A DNA stretch of 63,737 bases, counting the filler, from Octopus bimaculoides (lineage: Eukaryota), in the NCBI RefSeq assembly GCF_001194135.2. It is 6 parts of 5 records of this genome, joined end to end, with 100 filler letters (N's around TTAATTAATTAA, not from the genome) between each part and the next. Parts side by side here need not be neighbours in the genome. Positions count along the whole stretch, not along the records: positions 20,066 to 42,566 come from NC_068986.1; 5 more parts are not named here. The stretch is one strand, 5' to 3'. A program made the position numbers and the translations under genes. A model generated the notes under the pieces. The model saw nothing but the letters and a program-made list of their open reading frames with translations. It was not told the DNA's origin and made no database searches. This document shows positions 25,393-37,404 of this stretch, piece by piece; position 1 is the first letter of the stretch, and every line of letters starts with the position of its first letter.

Positions 25393-26405
25393 TTAAGTTG
25401 GATGTTCTTGTGCTACCTTCACTCAGGAACTCATCTTTCCTCATCATCCATGTCATGTCCAACTCCCTTCTAGTTACTAAGCCCAATCCTTCCTCTTCTG
25501 AATGTTGACCAAGAATTCTCTCTTTTCCAGAAGGTGTTGACTTCCACCAGGTTAAGTAGAATATGAAGGTATTTATCTCACTGGTTTTGTAGAGTCAGTG
25601 AACACTAGCAAGGGCACAGCACCTTGTTCCTAGCTGGTAAAAAAAAAAAAGTGCCCGTAATACATTTTGGACTGTTTGCATTTGTCATTCATACTTTGAT
25701 GAATTCTATCAGTGCTATCTGGCTGATGCAGACCGTAGACAGTGCTGAATGGAAAAGGTTCAAATCTCCAGCTCTCTATTTGATGATAAAATGTTTAATG
25801 TTCTGAAATGAATTAATTTAATTCAGATAATTTTCGAGAATTCATCTCATCATCAAAATGCATGTTAACCCTTTCATTACCATATTTCTGTTGAAATATA
25901 CTGTTTCAATTAATTTCGAAATCAGAGGAATTTAGTAAAATCACTTTGTCATTGTGAAGCTGGTGTTTAGAACATAAATTTAACATGAGATTTACAAGAA
26001 AAGTTTTTTATGTACATCAATTTAAAACAGGAAGTTTGTATCACAGAACCATGAGTGGTCTCAGCTGGCTTGGTATCATTATCATCATGATGCTGACATA
26101 GTTTGTATGATTTGGCAGGATCCAACAGGCCCAAGGACTGCATCGTACTCCAGTGTCTGTTTGATATTGTTTCTAAAGCTGGATGCCTCTCTTAATGCCA
26201 ACCACTTTACAGCATGTATGAAAAGCTTGATCAGTTCAGTTTCTGGTTAGCATTATCTTAAGACTCTCTCTTTCTCTCTTACTTCCTCTCTAAAATATTT
26301 AAAAACACAAAATGAATGCTGTCACCACTCACTGTCTCTTTCACTCTCTCTCTCTCCCTCTCCGTCCTCCTTTCTTTTGCTTTGCCTCTTCTTTGAAGTA
26401 AGTGT

Positions 26406-26618
26406 TATTTCTTTACTACCCACAAGGGGCTACACACAGAGGGGACAAACAAGGACAGACAAACGGATTAAGTCGATTATACCGACCCCAGTGCGTAACT
26501 GGTACTTATTTGATCGACCCCGAAAGGATGAAAGGCAAAGTCGACCTCTGCGGAATTTGAACTCAGAACGTAGCGGCAGACGAAATACCGCTAAGCATTT
26601 CGCTCGGCGTGCTAACGT
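26406..26618 (-). mobile_element. Deu/Nin-domain SINE, family B, with target-site duplication
   Basis: Flanked by TTCTTTGAAGTAAGTGT at 26389-26405 and 26619-26635; an empty paralogous site exists at 32332-32348. Confidence 0.9.
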
Positions 26619-26654
26619 TTCTTTGAAGTAAGTGTGACACACAATTCTTTATGA

Positions 26655-26870
26655 CACTGACCGCCTGACTGGCCTTCGTGCGGGTGACACGTAAAAGCAC
26701 CCACTACACTCTCTGAGTGGTTGGCGTTAGGAAGGGCATCCAGCTGTAGAAACTCTGCCAAATCAGATTGGAGGCTGGTGTTGCCGTCCGGTTTCACCAG
26801 TCCTCAGTCAAATCGTCCAACCCATGCTAGCATGGAAAGTGGACGTTAAACGATGATGATGATGATGATG
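26655..26870 (+). mobile_element. RTE 3' UTR-type repeat, family C
   Basis: CACGTAAAAGCACCC...GTTGGCGTTAGGAAGGGCATCCAGCTGTAGAAAC...CATGCTAGCATGGAAAG.GGACGTTAAACGATGATG. Other copies at 7830-8020, 14900-15140, 29136-29295, 30973-31120, 35060-35270, 40975-41170, 41740-41900 and 44569-44770. Confidence 0.85.
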
Positions 26871-27144
26871 AATGAGTTGAACTGAAGTGTAATTATGCTC
26901 TAAAGACGAGGTTAAAAGCCTGAAAAATAATTATGAGCCTTCAGTGTACTGTCTGGCTTTTCCACATGGACTTTTAAGCAGATTACAATACATTAAAATT
27001 TTATTTTCGAAATGTTAAAAAAAGAAAAAGAAAACAGGTTTTTTTTATGTTTTTATATAAATTATGATGGAAGGAATCGGTTATGTTGGTAGGGGGCGGG
27101 TGACAGGATTTCATAGATTAAAAAAAAATTTTTCTTTCCTTTTT

Positions 27145-27360
27145 TTAACATGGAGATTTACCAACAACCATGTTTTGTGCACAAGTCAGTGGCAGTTTGA
27201 GTCCTCTGTCCAAGAGGTTCATTAGCTCTACACAGCCATTACAGCAGGCTGCACATGGACTGATCAAGACAAACAGGACAGCACAGAGAAGGCCAATTGG
27301 AAGGCCAAACACCAATAAGATTATAAACCAGAGAATACTCCAGAACCAATTGCAATTCAT
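27145..27360 (-). CDS. 71-aa hydrophobic cysteine-rich membrane microprotein
   Basis: MNCNWFWSILWFIILLVFGLPIGLLCAVLFVLISPCAACCNGCVELMNLLDRGLKLPLTCAQNMVVGKSPC*. ACAATG start context; strong acceptor (ttttctttccag at 27396) 35 nt upstream of the ATG; locally higher GC; resembles unnamed ~70-aa invertebrate proteins I recall. Confidence 0.8.
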   Translation of the reverse strand: MNCNWFWSILWFIILLVFGLPIGLLCAVLFVLISPCAACCNGCVELMNLLDRGLKLPLTCAQNMVVGKSPC

Positions 27361-27583
27361 TGTGATAGATTTCTGTTGGTTGCAGACAGATGTGACTGGA
27401 AAGAAAACAAAGAAAACAAGTTTAGTGAAAATATAAAAATAAATTAGCACAAAACAAAACATTGGATTATAGGGTTATCACTGGAGACTTAGTCTTCCTG
27501 TCATTTTTTTAAAATTTCCTATAGTACTAGGTTACTGTTTCCAATGCAAAACTGGTTCAATACCTAGCTACTATTTCATTTGT

Positions 27584-27950
27584 TGTTGGCACTCTGTCGC
27601 TTACGACGTCGAGGATTCCAGTTGATCCGATCAACGGAACAGCCTGCTCGTGAAATTAACGTGCAAGTGGCTGAGCACTCCACAGACACGTGTACCCTTA
27701 ACTTAGTTCTCTGGGATATTCAGCGTGACACTGTGACAAGGCTGACCCTTTGAATTACAGGCACAACAGAAACAGGAAGTAAGAGTGAGAGAAAGAGTAC
27801 AGCAGGGTTCGCCACCATCCCCTGCCAGAGCCTTGTAGAGCTTTTAGGTGTTTTTGCTCAATAAACACTCACAACGCCCGGTCTGGGAATTGAAACCGCG
27901 ATCCTATGACCGCGAGTCCGCTGCCCTAACCACTGGGCCATTGCGCCTCC
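27584..27950 (-). mobile_element. tRNA-derived SINE, family D, full length with 11-bp TSD
   Basis: A-box TGGCCCAGTGG, B-box GGTTTCAATTCC; ATTTCATTTGT at 27573-27583 and 27951-27961. Confidence 0.93.
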
Positions 27951-27956
27951 ATTTCA

Positions 27957-28557
27957 TTTGTAATACTCTGGCTTTGATTTCAAAGTATTCCGTCTCTCTA
28001 TCAGGAGTGATCACTTTCGCTCTGGTGGTCTCATACAGCTTACCTATTGCTCTCAGAATTCTTGGTGGAATATCATATGCTTTAAGTCTCTTCATCAACA
28101 TTCCTCTGTGTACTGAATCAAAAGCCTTTTTAAAGTCTACGTAGATAATGATAGCCTTCCTGTTATGGCTCCAAAGCATTGAAGAAGCAGTTGGACGGTT
28201 GTTATATGAGGATGCTAAGAATGACACTCAATGTCTCCTGGAAGAGTCATACAGCAAATGCCAACTTATACCAGGGACTACCAAACATAACCTTGAAGAT
28301 ACAACATAGAAGGATGAGGCTAGCTAGACACTGCATCAGACCCACCGATGAAATTGCTAACAAGCTAGTGCTCTGGCAACCAATGGAAGGAAGAACCAGG
28401 AGAGGAAAGAGGAAGACGACCTATACTGACAACTTGCTGGAGGATACTGGTACAGAAGGGGTACAGGGGCTGAGGAGCATTATGGAAGATCGAGATGAAA
28501 AGGGAAAACGTGTGGAAACAGTCTTGGGGCGTACTGAGGGACGAACTAGATAGATAG
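27957..28557. mobile_element. RTE-like LINE with an inverted 5' segment
   Basis: Minus-strand RT piece (YVDFKKAFDSVHRG...FEIKARVLQ, 27957-28160) joined to a plus-strand C-terminus (KALKKQLDGCYMRMLR...LVLWQP...TYTDNLLEDTG, 28161-28553) ending in a TAGA tail. Confidence 0.88.
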
Positions 28558-28607
28558 ATTTCACTTACTCTTCCCTGTATTTCTAATACCTGGTTATAGC
28601 CTACAGA

Positions 28608-28915
28608 CCAGTGGTTCACAACTGTAGTCCATATAAGATTTTGCAGGGTCCACACAAACAAAATAGTAAATCGGGGATCCACACTGGTATTTTAAGTGTC
28701 CGTGAAAGAATGTTACTTTGGATGTATTTGTTGCAAGAAACAGCTAGGTTTCTTTCTCTGATGTTTTACAGGGTTCAAACTACACAAGTTAATGTGTGAA
28801 TAACAAAATAGGAATTTTGAAAGAAGTATCTATAAAACATTAAATGGCTTTGGAGGGTCCACCAGAATAGGACAGTAATCAAAAGGGCCCATGGGCAAAA
28901 AATCGTTAAAACGAA
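28608..28915 (+). mobile_element. hAT-like MITE, right end degenerate
   Basis: Left end CAGTGGTTCACAAC resembles Charlie-type TIRs; no clean right TIR. Confidence 0.4.
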
Positions 28916-29265
28916 ATATGTGGTGATGGTAGTGGAGGACTATGGCTCTTGGAAGGGGTTATGCCTTTTTTTCTTTTCATTTCAAAGTCAGCATTGCAGG
29001 ATATGATTTGTTAAACTTTATGCATGAATCGATGAGGGGGAAATAGCAGCCAAATATCCCTCAACTCAAATTCATTTTCAAACAAAACAATACATTGAAG
29101 AATATCCTTGATAATAATAATAATAATGATAATAATGGCGTTAGGAAGGGCATCCAGCTGTAGAAACTCTGTCAAATCAGATTGGAGCCTGGTGTTGCCA
29201 TCCGGTTTCACCAGTCCTCAGTAAAATCGTCCAACCCATGCTAGCATGGAAAGCGGACGTTAAAC

Positions 29266-29296
<31 letters not shown>

Positions 29297-29819
29297 CTAA
29301 TATAGACAGAAAGGTTGCAATTCTTAAGGGTTAGATTAGTCAATACCATTTATCCAAGTACTTAACTAATACTTTATTTTATTAAACCTTGAATAATAAA
29401 AGGCAGAGTTGAACTTCGAACATAAGGAATTGGAAGAAATACCACAAGGCATTTTCTCTAACACTAATGATCCAACCAGCCTGCTATCTACATATGTAAA
29501 ACTCAGAGTGTGTGTGCAAACCCGCATAACTCCTGATGTTCACAACTGATTTTCTTCAAACTAGGAATATACATTATTTATGTTCCAGAGATGATTTTAA
29601 ACTCTTAAAATTTTTCACATGAGTAATGGTGCCTCTGGGGCCAGAAAACCCCCTTTCCTTGGGTAAGTATGAGTACTGTAGAGAAGGGAGGTAACCCTTT
29701 GAGAGGTAACTGCTCTTAAAATTTCCTATGATATTGATATTTACCTTTTTTTTAAATTGACATTTCATTATTAACGAACATTTGTCATCTTAGTTTATTA
29801 CATCATATTTCTTGATATA

Positions 29820-30025
29820 ATGTCTCCAAAGAAGAGATCCTCCATTGGTCAAATAACGAAAGTAGCAGAGAAATTGAAAAGGAGAGCAAATGAAATCATC
29901 ACACAAGACTTCAATCAGGCAATCACAAAATGCTGCATGTACAGCTACTGCAAGAGCAACGAAAAGCAATGAGCAGCATAGTATTCACCTGGCCAGGAAT
30001 GTTGCATTAATAGCTTCAGCCAATC
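29820..30025 (+). mobile_element. Frameshifted Helitron-like N-terminal ORF remnant
   Basis: MSPKKRSSIGQITKVAEKLKRRANE, then in another frame RQSQNAACTATARATKSNEQHSIHLARN; resembles the MPxKKRS..G start and R.....AR..E..EQ...RL repeats I associate with Helitron ORFs. Confidence 0.4.
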
Positions 30026-30439
30026 CTCCACCGCCTTACCACGTCATTTCTTTCATGCAGATTTCACTCATGTGGTGCTGTTGAGTGCACCCACAGACTT
30101 AATTTATCATAGAGATGTAATAGTTCCTATGTCTGCTGATTGTTCAGTGTGGTAGCAACAGCACTGACAGCTGCAAGGGAGGGTATATCCACTGAGAGCT
30201 TTTTGGTGCATTCAAAAATCACACACCTCCACCCACTTTTCCATGACAAGGTTAGGGGCTTGGAATCTTCCAAACAGACACATGACATGTCACTTAGTCG
30301 AATTAGCACTTCATTTACTCCACAGATGTTTTGCTATCAATGCTGTACATCCCTGTATCACGTTTCAACTTAACTGTACCAAATATACAAACTATGCCAT
30401 TTAAATCCTGAACAAAGCTGGATATGTCTGCTGGACAAT

Positions 30440-30915
30440 AACAAAAATAATAATAACCCTTTCTACTAAAGGCACAAGGCCTTAAATTTGAGGGGAGGGG
30501 CAAGTCGATTATATCATCCCCAGGGCATAACTGGTACTTATTTCATTGACCTCCGGAAGGATGCAAGGCAAAGTCAACCTCATAGGGATTTGAACTCAGA
30601 TTGTAATGATGGACCAAGTGCTACTCAGCAGGTTGCCCGGCATGCTAACAATTCTGCCAACTCACTGCCTTCATAATAATAATAATAATAATAACAATAA
30701 TCCCTTCAACTATAGGCACAAGGCCTGAAATTTTTGGTAAGGGGCATAGTTGATTACATTAATCCCAGTTCTCAACTGGTACTTATTTTATTGACCCTGA
30801 CAGGATGAAAGGCCATGTTAACCATGGCAGAATTTGAACTCAGAACGTAGTGACCGGCGAAATACCGCCGCGCATTTCATCCAGCATGCTAACAATTCTG
30901 TCAGCTTGCTGCCTT
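30440..30915 (-). mobile_element. Two tandem Deu/Nin-domain SINEs, family B
   Basis: Two head-to-tail reverse-complement copies separated by (AAT)n. Confidence 0.8.
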
Positions 30916-30925
30916 AATAATAATA

Positions 30926-30956
<31 letters not shown>

Positions 30957-31120
30957 TAATAATGATAATTATTGGCGTTAGGAAGGGCATCCAGCTGTAG
31001 AAACTCTGCCAAATCAGATTGGAGGCTGGTGTTGCCATCCGGTTTCACTAGTCCTCATTCAAATTGTCCAACCCATGCTAGCATGGAAAGCGAACGTTAA
31101 ACGATGATGATGATGATGAT

Positions 31121-31164
<44 letters not shown>

Positions 31165-32409
31165 TGATGATGATATTATTATCATTATTATCGATAATAA
31201 TAATAATAACTAGCTGGACCCGTGAAAAATTCACGGAAAACATTAGAAATGTAAGCATCTGTAAACAGTGTACTGGTGCCATAAGAAATGTTTGAATATT
31301 AAGACCGTCTGTCTTTACGTTCTGAGTTCAAATTCCGCTGAGGTCGACTTAGCCTTTCGTCCTTGGTGGGGGGGATAGATTAAGTACCAGTTGTGTACTG
31401 GGGTTGATCTAATCAACTGGCCCCCTCCCCATAAACATTTCAGGCTTAGAAAAGAATATTGTGACAGTTATAGAATATAGAAAGTAATGTAACACCAATG
31501 ACTGTATAATCCAACCAAAATATTTCAGTTACACAAATGTAAACGGAATTATTATTTAACCTTAAAAGACATCATACATATTCAAAGAACCTTCTTGGTT
31601 TAGTGGTATGGAACGCTTTTCTGGTATTCTTTTATTCTTTTACTTGTTTCAGTCATTTGATGGTGGCCATGCTGGAGTATCACATTTAGTCGAAGCAATT
31701 GACCCCAGGACTTATTCCCTGTAAGCCTGGTGCTTATTCCATCAGTCTCTTCTGCTGAACAGCTAATGCACCAACATCAAGAACGAAATAATAAATGGAT
31801 TTATGAATGAAAGTTTGGTAGTTGCATTTATTTCCACTACGCGACACTTATTGCAAACATGTTTTAACTAAAGTAAACTATACATACACACAAATACATT
31901 CATATATATAAGTCTCGAGTTGTAGCTGTAATTCAAAGGGGCCAGCCTTGTCATATTCTGTGTGAGGTTGAATCTCCCTGGGAACTACGTTTATATTATG
32001 CATGTCTGTGGAGTACTCAGCCATTTGTGAGTTATTTTATCCTCGTGTGGTAATGAAAAGTGAAATTGACATCCAATATATGCAGTGTCTATGTATGTAT
32101 GTATGAACTTTTCTTTGGATTTATGCATCTACTGTCTCTCTCACTTTCTTTTTCACTTCCTTTCTGTCTCTCTTCTCTCCTGCTTTTAATTTAACAATGT
32201 GCTTATGTATTTATGTATCTACTTCTCTTGCAATATGATAAACATTTAAAAACACAAAATGAATGCTGTCACCACTCACTGTCTCTTTCACTTTTACTTT
32301 CTCTCTGTCCTCCTCTCTTTTGCTTTGCCACTTCTTTGAAGTAAGTGTGACACACACATCAGGTATGTACAAAAACAAAAAGTTAGCATATTAATATTAT
32401 TGATAATCA

Positions 32410-32632
32410 TAATGCTTCCAATTTTGGAATACGGCCAACAATTTCTTTAAGGAGAAGCAGGTTAATCAATTACATAGACCCCAATATCTGACTGGTGCTT
32501 ATTTTATTGACCCCTGAAAAGATGAGAGGCAAAGTTAACCTCAGCAGCATCTGAACTCAGAACATAAAGAACAAGATGAAATGCCACTAAGCATTTTGTT
32601 TGACATGCTAATGATTCAGCCAGCTTGCCACC
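32410..32632 (-). mobile_element. Deu/Nin-domain SINE, family B, diverged
   Basis: Colinear with the family B consensus. Confidence 0.75.
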
Positions 32633-32673
<41 letters not shown>

Positions 32674-33044
32674 CCTTTTTACTATAAGCACAGATCCTAA
32701 CATTTTGAGGGAGTGGGAAGTCAAATACATTGACTGCAATACTCATCTGGTATTTATTTACCAACTCCAAAAGGATTAAAGACAAAGATGACCTCAGCAG
32801 CATTTGAATCTCAGAATGTAAAGAGAGAAGAAATGATTTGGCTAGCTCACCACATTAATAATAATAATGGTTTCAAATTTTGACATGAGGCCAGCGATTT
32901 AAAGAGAATAGGATGACTTGATTACACTGTCCCCAGTACTCAATAGGTACTACTTATTTTTATCAACCCTGTTAGGATGAGAAGTGGACTTTGGTGGAAT
33001 TTGAACTCAGAACTAGCATTTCAGCCAGCTTGCCATCTTAATAA

Positions 33045-33484
33045 TATGTAAGAGCACTGTCCGAGTGTGATCGTTGCCAGAGCATCAGCTCTCTGGCTTC
33101 CATGCCGAGGGCACGTAAATAGCACCATTTGAGCGTGATCGTTACCAACGTCGCCCTCCAGGCACTTGTGCCAGTGGCACGTGAAAAGACATTTGAGCGA
33201 ATTCATTGCCAGTACCGCTGGACTGGCTCCTGTGCACGTGGTACGTAAAATACACCATTTTGAGCGTGGCCGTTGCCAAACCCGCCTTACTGGCCTTCGT
33301 GCCGGTGGCATGTAAAAGCACCCACTACACTCTCGGAGTGGTTGGAGTTAGGAAGGGCATCCAGCTGTAGAAACTCTGCCATATCAGATTGGAGCCAGGT
33401 GTAGCCATCTGGTTCACCAGTCTTCAGTCAAATCGTCCAACCCATGCTAGCATGGAAAGCGGACGTTAAATGATGATGGTGATG
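33045..33484 (+). mobile_element. Long RTE 3' UTR-type repeat, family C, with internal 60-70 bp subrepeats
   Basis: Repeated GGCACGTAAA..GCACC.TTTGAGCGTG..CGTTGCCA units followed by the standard family C tail. Confidence 0.8.
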
Positions 33485-33839
33485 AAACGAATGCTTAAAC
33501 AGTCATTTCAGTTTTGATCATCCTGAGTCTGGGCAATCCTGGAATTCAACGCTTCACTTATGTTTTTTTTTTACACTGTACAAATGTAATCCAACTTTAG
33601 AGAAGCTAAATCTCTCTTAAATCAAACATCTACCTTCTTAAAAAACAACACATTGGATAATGTAGTATAGTCCTAGATATACAAAAAGGAGGGGATGGTC
33701 ATATCTGGAATGCTTTTGATCATAGGTTTGCTTAATGAGGGCTGACCTGGTAACAATTCAAATCTTGGAACCCCAAGTGAACTCAAAAGATGTAAAATGA
33801 TCACAACATTATCCTGGAAATATTGCTTTTAAGTGAAAA

Positions 33840-34300
33840 CAGTTGCTTTAACACTTGGCAGAGGTGAGCCTGGTGGAGTGGAAGAAGCAAATGGCAAGGT
33901 TTTCTCCATCTTGCAGACATTATGGTTGAAAAGTGGAAGGAGGGTTCTACAAAGTTGTTAGAGATGATAAGAAGCAAAAAGGATTGGTTGCAGTTTAGGA
34001 GATGGGATAACTTGAGAGTTGTGTGATGCAGGGAGGTGTCTTTCATTTTTCATATGACAGTCTTATAGGAGATGTAGTAGTGGGTAAAAGCCGTTTGTAG
34101 GGGAGAGAGATTTTCTCTAAACACTGCAGATTAGATAATGTTCTTTGCCTAAACCGTTGTAGTGCAGCTTTGGGCGAACCACTTGGTGGATTTGGGCTTA
34201 TGAGTTTTGATTATGTGGAATGTAGAGGTACAGGTCAAAGCGGGTTGTTTCAGTTACTCACCTGGCTGTGTTTGATGGGTCAGGGATAGCATAGAATTGG
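33840..34300 (-). mobile_element. Possible degenerate Penelope-like RT remnant
   Basis: TSTFHIIKTHKP resembles the PLE motif ..FY.LPK.HKP; the rest is heavily broken. Confidence 0.3.
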
Positions 34301-34784
34301 CATAACTCCAACCAACCAACCATTAGGCTTGAAGAGGCAAGGTTTAGGGATGTGTGTAATAGGAAGATGTATGGTGGGTAGTTTGTTGTAGGGGTATAAC
34401 CTTTATCTTATTACTATAGGAGTATGACCCTCATATTATTGCCTTAGTATAACTCTTGTATCATTTTTTGGCAGTTAGACAAGAGATATTCTTCAAGGGA
34501 ATTCAAAACAAAAGGTGATTAGTGGTGTGTTAAATGAATATTATTGTTATTTGTTTGTTCCCCAAAGTCAGTTCGGATCAAGCAGATATCTGAAGAAAAA
34601 CTCTCAAGTCATCCCAGGACCCTTAGTTGTTTGTGCATATCAGAGACAACAATATCCAATGTGTTCTTTCCATTTTGCTTTTTTTTTTTGTGACTGTTAT
34701 TTCTAACAGGTTGATTGGTCAAAGAAAGGAGACTTCATTGTCTTGCATCGTTAAATGAACTGAATATCACAGGTGAAAACTTAC

Positions 34785-34854
34785 CAAAGGAATATTTTTC
34801 GAATGTTTGTCAGTTGACAAGTATTTTCCCTAAGTTCTGCTTTATGTTGTTTTG
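34785..34854 (-). other. Candidate 70-nt internal exon (5' UTR of the microprotein gene or a distal IQSEC exon)
   Basis: gttcttgttctatttacag acceptor and TTG|gtaagt donor, both consensus-like. Confidence 0.45.
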
Positions 34855-36781
34855 CTGTAAATAGAACAAGAACAATATGAAACAGTTTGATAACAGAGGG
34901 AAACATTGAAGAAAAAAGAATATTTAATTGCTAGTGTTGAGAAACATGAATAGGTATGCATGTGACAGAAAGTCTATGGTAATGAAGTGACTAATTAAAT
35001 ATTTTGGAAATGAGCCTCTCAACTGCAGCTCACTAAACCAAAAGGGATCTTAGTTTTGCAAGCTATGTAGCAACCCCACTAGTGCTGGTGTCATGAAAAA
35101 AGAACCCAGTACACTTAGTAAAGTGGTTAGTAAACACAGTAAAGCTGTTAGGAAGGCTATCCAATTGTAGACACCACACCAAATCAGACGATGCAGCATA
35201 ATGCAATCCTCAGACCTGTCAACCATCCAACCCATACCAGCATGGAAAGAGGACATTAAAATGATGATGAAAATAGTGGTTTCTATCATTGGTTCCTATT
35301 TATCCGTTATATTTTTATGCTTACAAAGATCTTTTTTTCTTTTGTTTCATGGGACACCCTTATATACCTAGGTACATGTAAACACCATAGAATTAAAACC
35401 ATTACATATTCGGATGGGGGTGTAATACAGTTTGTATATGACTTTCCAACTGACACATGACATTAAATTTAGTTGTATGTTAATGTGCCTGCTTTAAACA
35501 TACATAATTAATTTTTCTTTTGTGTGTAATACAGTTGTCTTTGTGCATGAGTTGCATAAAATCAACCAGTGTTTTGTTTACTACTGCTGGCATTATGAGT
35601 CAGGCAAAACTTATAATTGTTATTTGTTCAAGTCTTCTGGCTTGAGCAAGAAGTAAGCCCTGGTTGTGTGCTTAAGAAATTTGCTTCCCAACCATGTGAT
35701 CTTGAGTTCAGTACCACTGCACAGCATATGGGGCAAATGTTTTCGATACACCCAGGCTGACCAAAGGCTTGTGAGTGGATTTGGTAAATGAAATTGAAAG
35801 AAACCTGTCATGTGTGTGTGTTTGTGTCTCCAACCGTTATAGTTGTCTCTTGTGAAATGCTGGGTAGCACACAGTATACTTATTCAAAAATCAAGACACA
35901 CATGATATCACTTTATCCAACTTGTCCTATAAGACAGCAGGAAATGATGAGAGAGAATTAGCTGTTATTTCTAGCAGGTCAAGAAACCACATAGGGCAGG
36001 AGTTGAGAAGCTTCTTATACAACTCCTTAATGGAATTGCAGATAACTTGCTAACCCCAATCATGTAAATTTCTAAAATAAAACTAGAAAGTATACGTTTT
36101 TCTGGTATTCTTTTATCCTCTTGTTTCAGTCATTTCATGGTGGCCATGCTGGAGCACCACCCTTTAGTCGAAGAAATCGACTCGAGGACTTATTCCCTGT
36201 AAGCCTGGTGCTTATTCTATCAGCCTCTTCTACTGAACAGCTAAATTACAGGGACGCAAATGCATCAACATCGAAAACAAAATAATAAATATTTTTTTTA
36301 ATTTAGAAACGATAACTCCTTTATTCTTTTGTGTCATTACCTCTTTTTGATAAGAAATATTTAAATAAATTTAATGAAAATACTTAATGAAATTCATAAA
36401 AACAACAACAAAAACGAAGTCATATTATAGTGATATAATCAAAATATTTACTATGAAAAATGTGTTTAGTGAATACTGTCTATTGCATTGATATCTGGCT
36501 GGAAATTAGTGAGGTTCTTTAAGATTCATTTTGCTAATCAGCATCCTTAACATTCAAAATTGCTTCAGGTGTTTATTGACCCTTGGATAGTCACATAGAC
36601 ATCCCTGCTAGGGGTCAACATAAACAACTTCGTTGACCCTTGACAAAGAGGTTTTGCCTTGTTGGTCTGAGGTGATACGTTCTTGGACCAAGTGCACCAC
36701 GAAATAATAGTGCAGTTAGTTGGTAGAATGGTAACCAAATTAAATTATGATATTAGAGATATTTTTAATAGAATATTCAGA

Positions 36782-37186
36782 AGGAGTGGCTGTGTGGTAA
36801 GTAGCTTGCTTACCAACTACATGGTTCCAGGTTCAGTCCCACTGCATGGCACCTTGGGCAAGTGTCTTCTACTATAGCCTCGGGCCGACCTAAGCCTTGT
36901 GAGTGGATTTGGTAGACGGAAACTGAAAGAAGCCCATCGTATATATGTATATGTAGATATATATACGTGTGTTTGTGTGTCTGTGTTTGTCCCCCCAACA
37001 TCGCTTGACAATCGATGGTGGTGTGTTTACGTCCCTGTAACTTAACGGTTCGGCAAAAGAGACCGATAGAATAAGTACTAGGCGTACAAAGAATAAGTCC
37101 TGCGGTCGATTTGCTCGACTAAAGGCAATGCTCCAGCATGGCAGCAGTCAAATGACTAAAACAAGTAAAAGAGTAAAAGAGTAAGT
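36782..37186 (+). mobile_element. CORE-type tRNA SINE, family A
   Basis: Full consensus with GAGTAAAA tail. Confidence 0.9.
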
Positions 37187-37404
37187 AAAGCGGTGAGCTG
37201 GCAGAACGTTAGCACATCAGGCGAAATGCTTAGCAGTATTTCATCTGGCTTTACATTCTGAGTTCAAATTCTGCTGAGGTCAACTTTGTCTTTCATCCTT
37301 TCGGGGCCGATAAATGAAGTACCAATTGCATACTAGGATCGATCTAATCAACTGGCCCTCTTCCTAAAAATTTTGGGCCTTGTGCCTAAGAGTTGAAAAG
37401 AATA
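37187..37404 (+). mobile_element. Deu/Nin-domain SINE, family B
   Basis: AAGCGGTGAGCTGGCAGAACGTTAGCAC...GTCAACTTTGTCTTTCATCCTTTCGGGG... Confidence 0.85.

Noticed and set aside
29792-29984. Minus frame ILCCSLLFVALAVAVHAAFCDCLIEV... as a paralog of the 71-aa microprotein
   Set aside because: An in-frame stop lies directly upstream, there is no start or acceptor, and the plus strand is better explained as a Helitron-like remnant.
35325-35366. Minus-strand TATATAAG box plus gtaagc donor as the microprotein's first exon
   Set aside because: It would imply a first exon of only about 12 nt with no initiator; such motifs are common by chance in AT-rich DNA.
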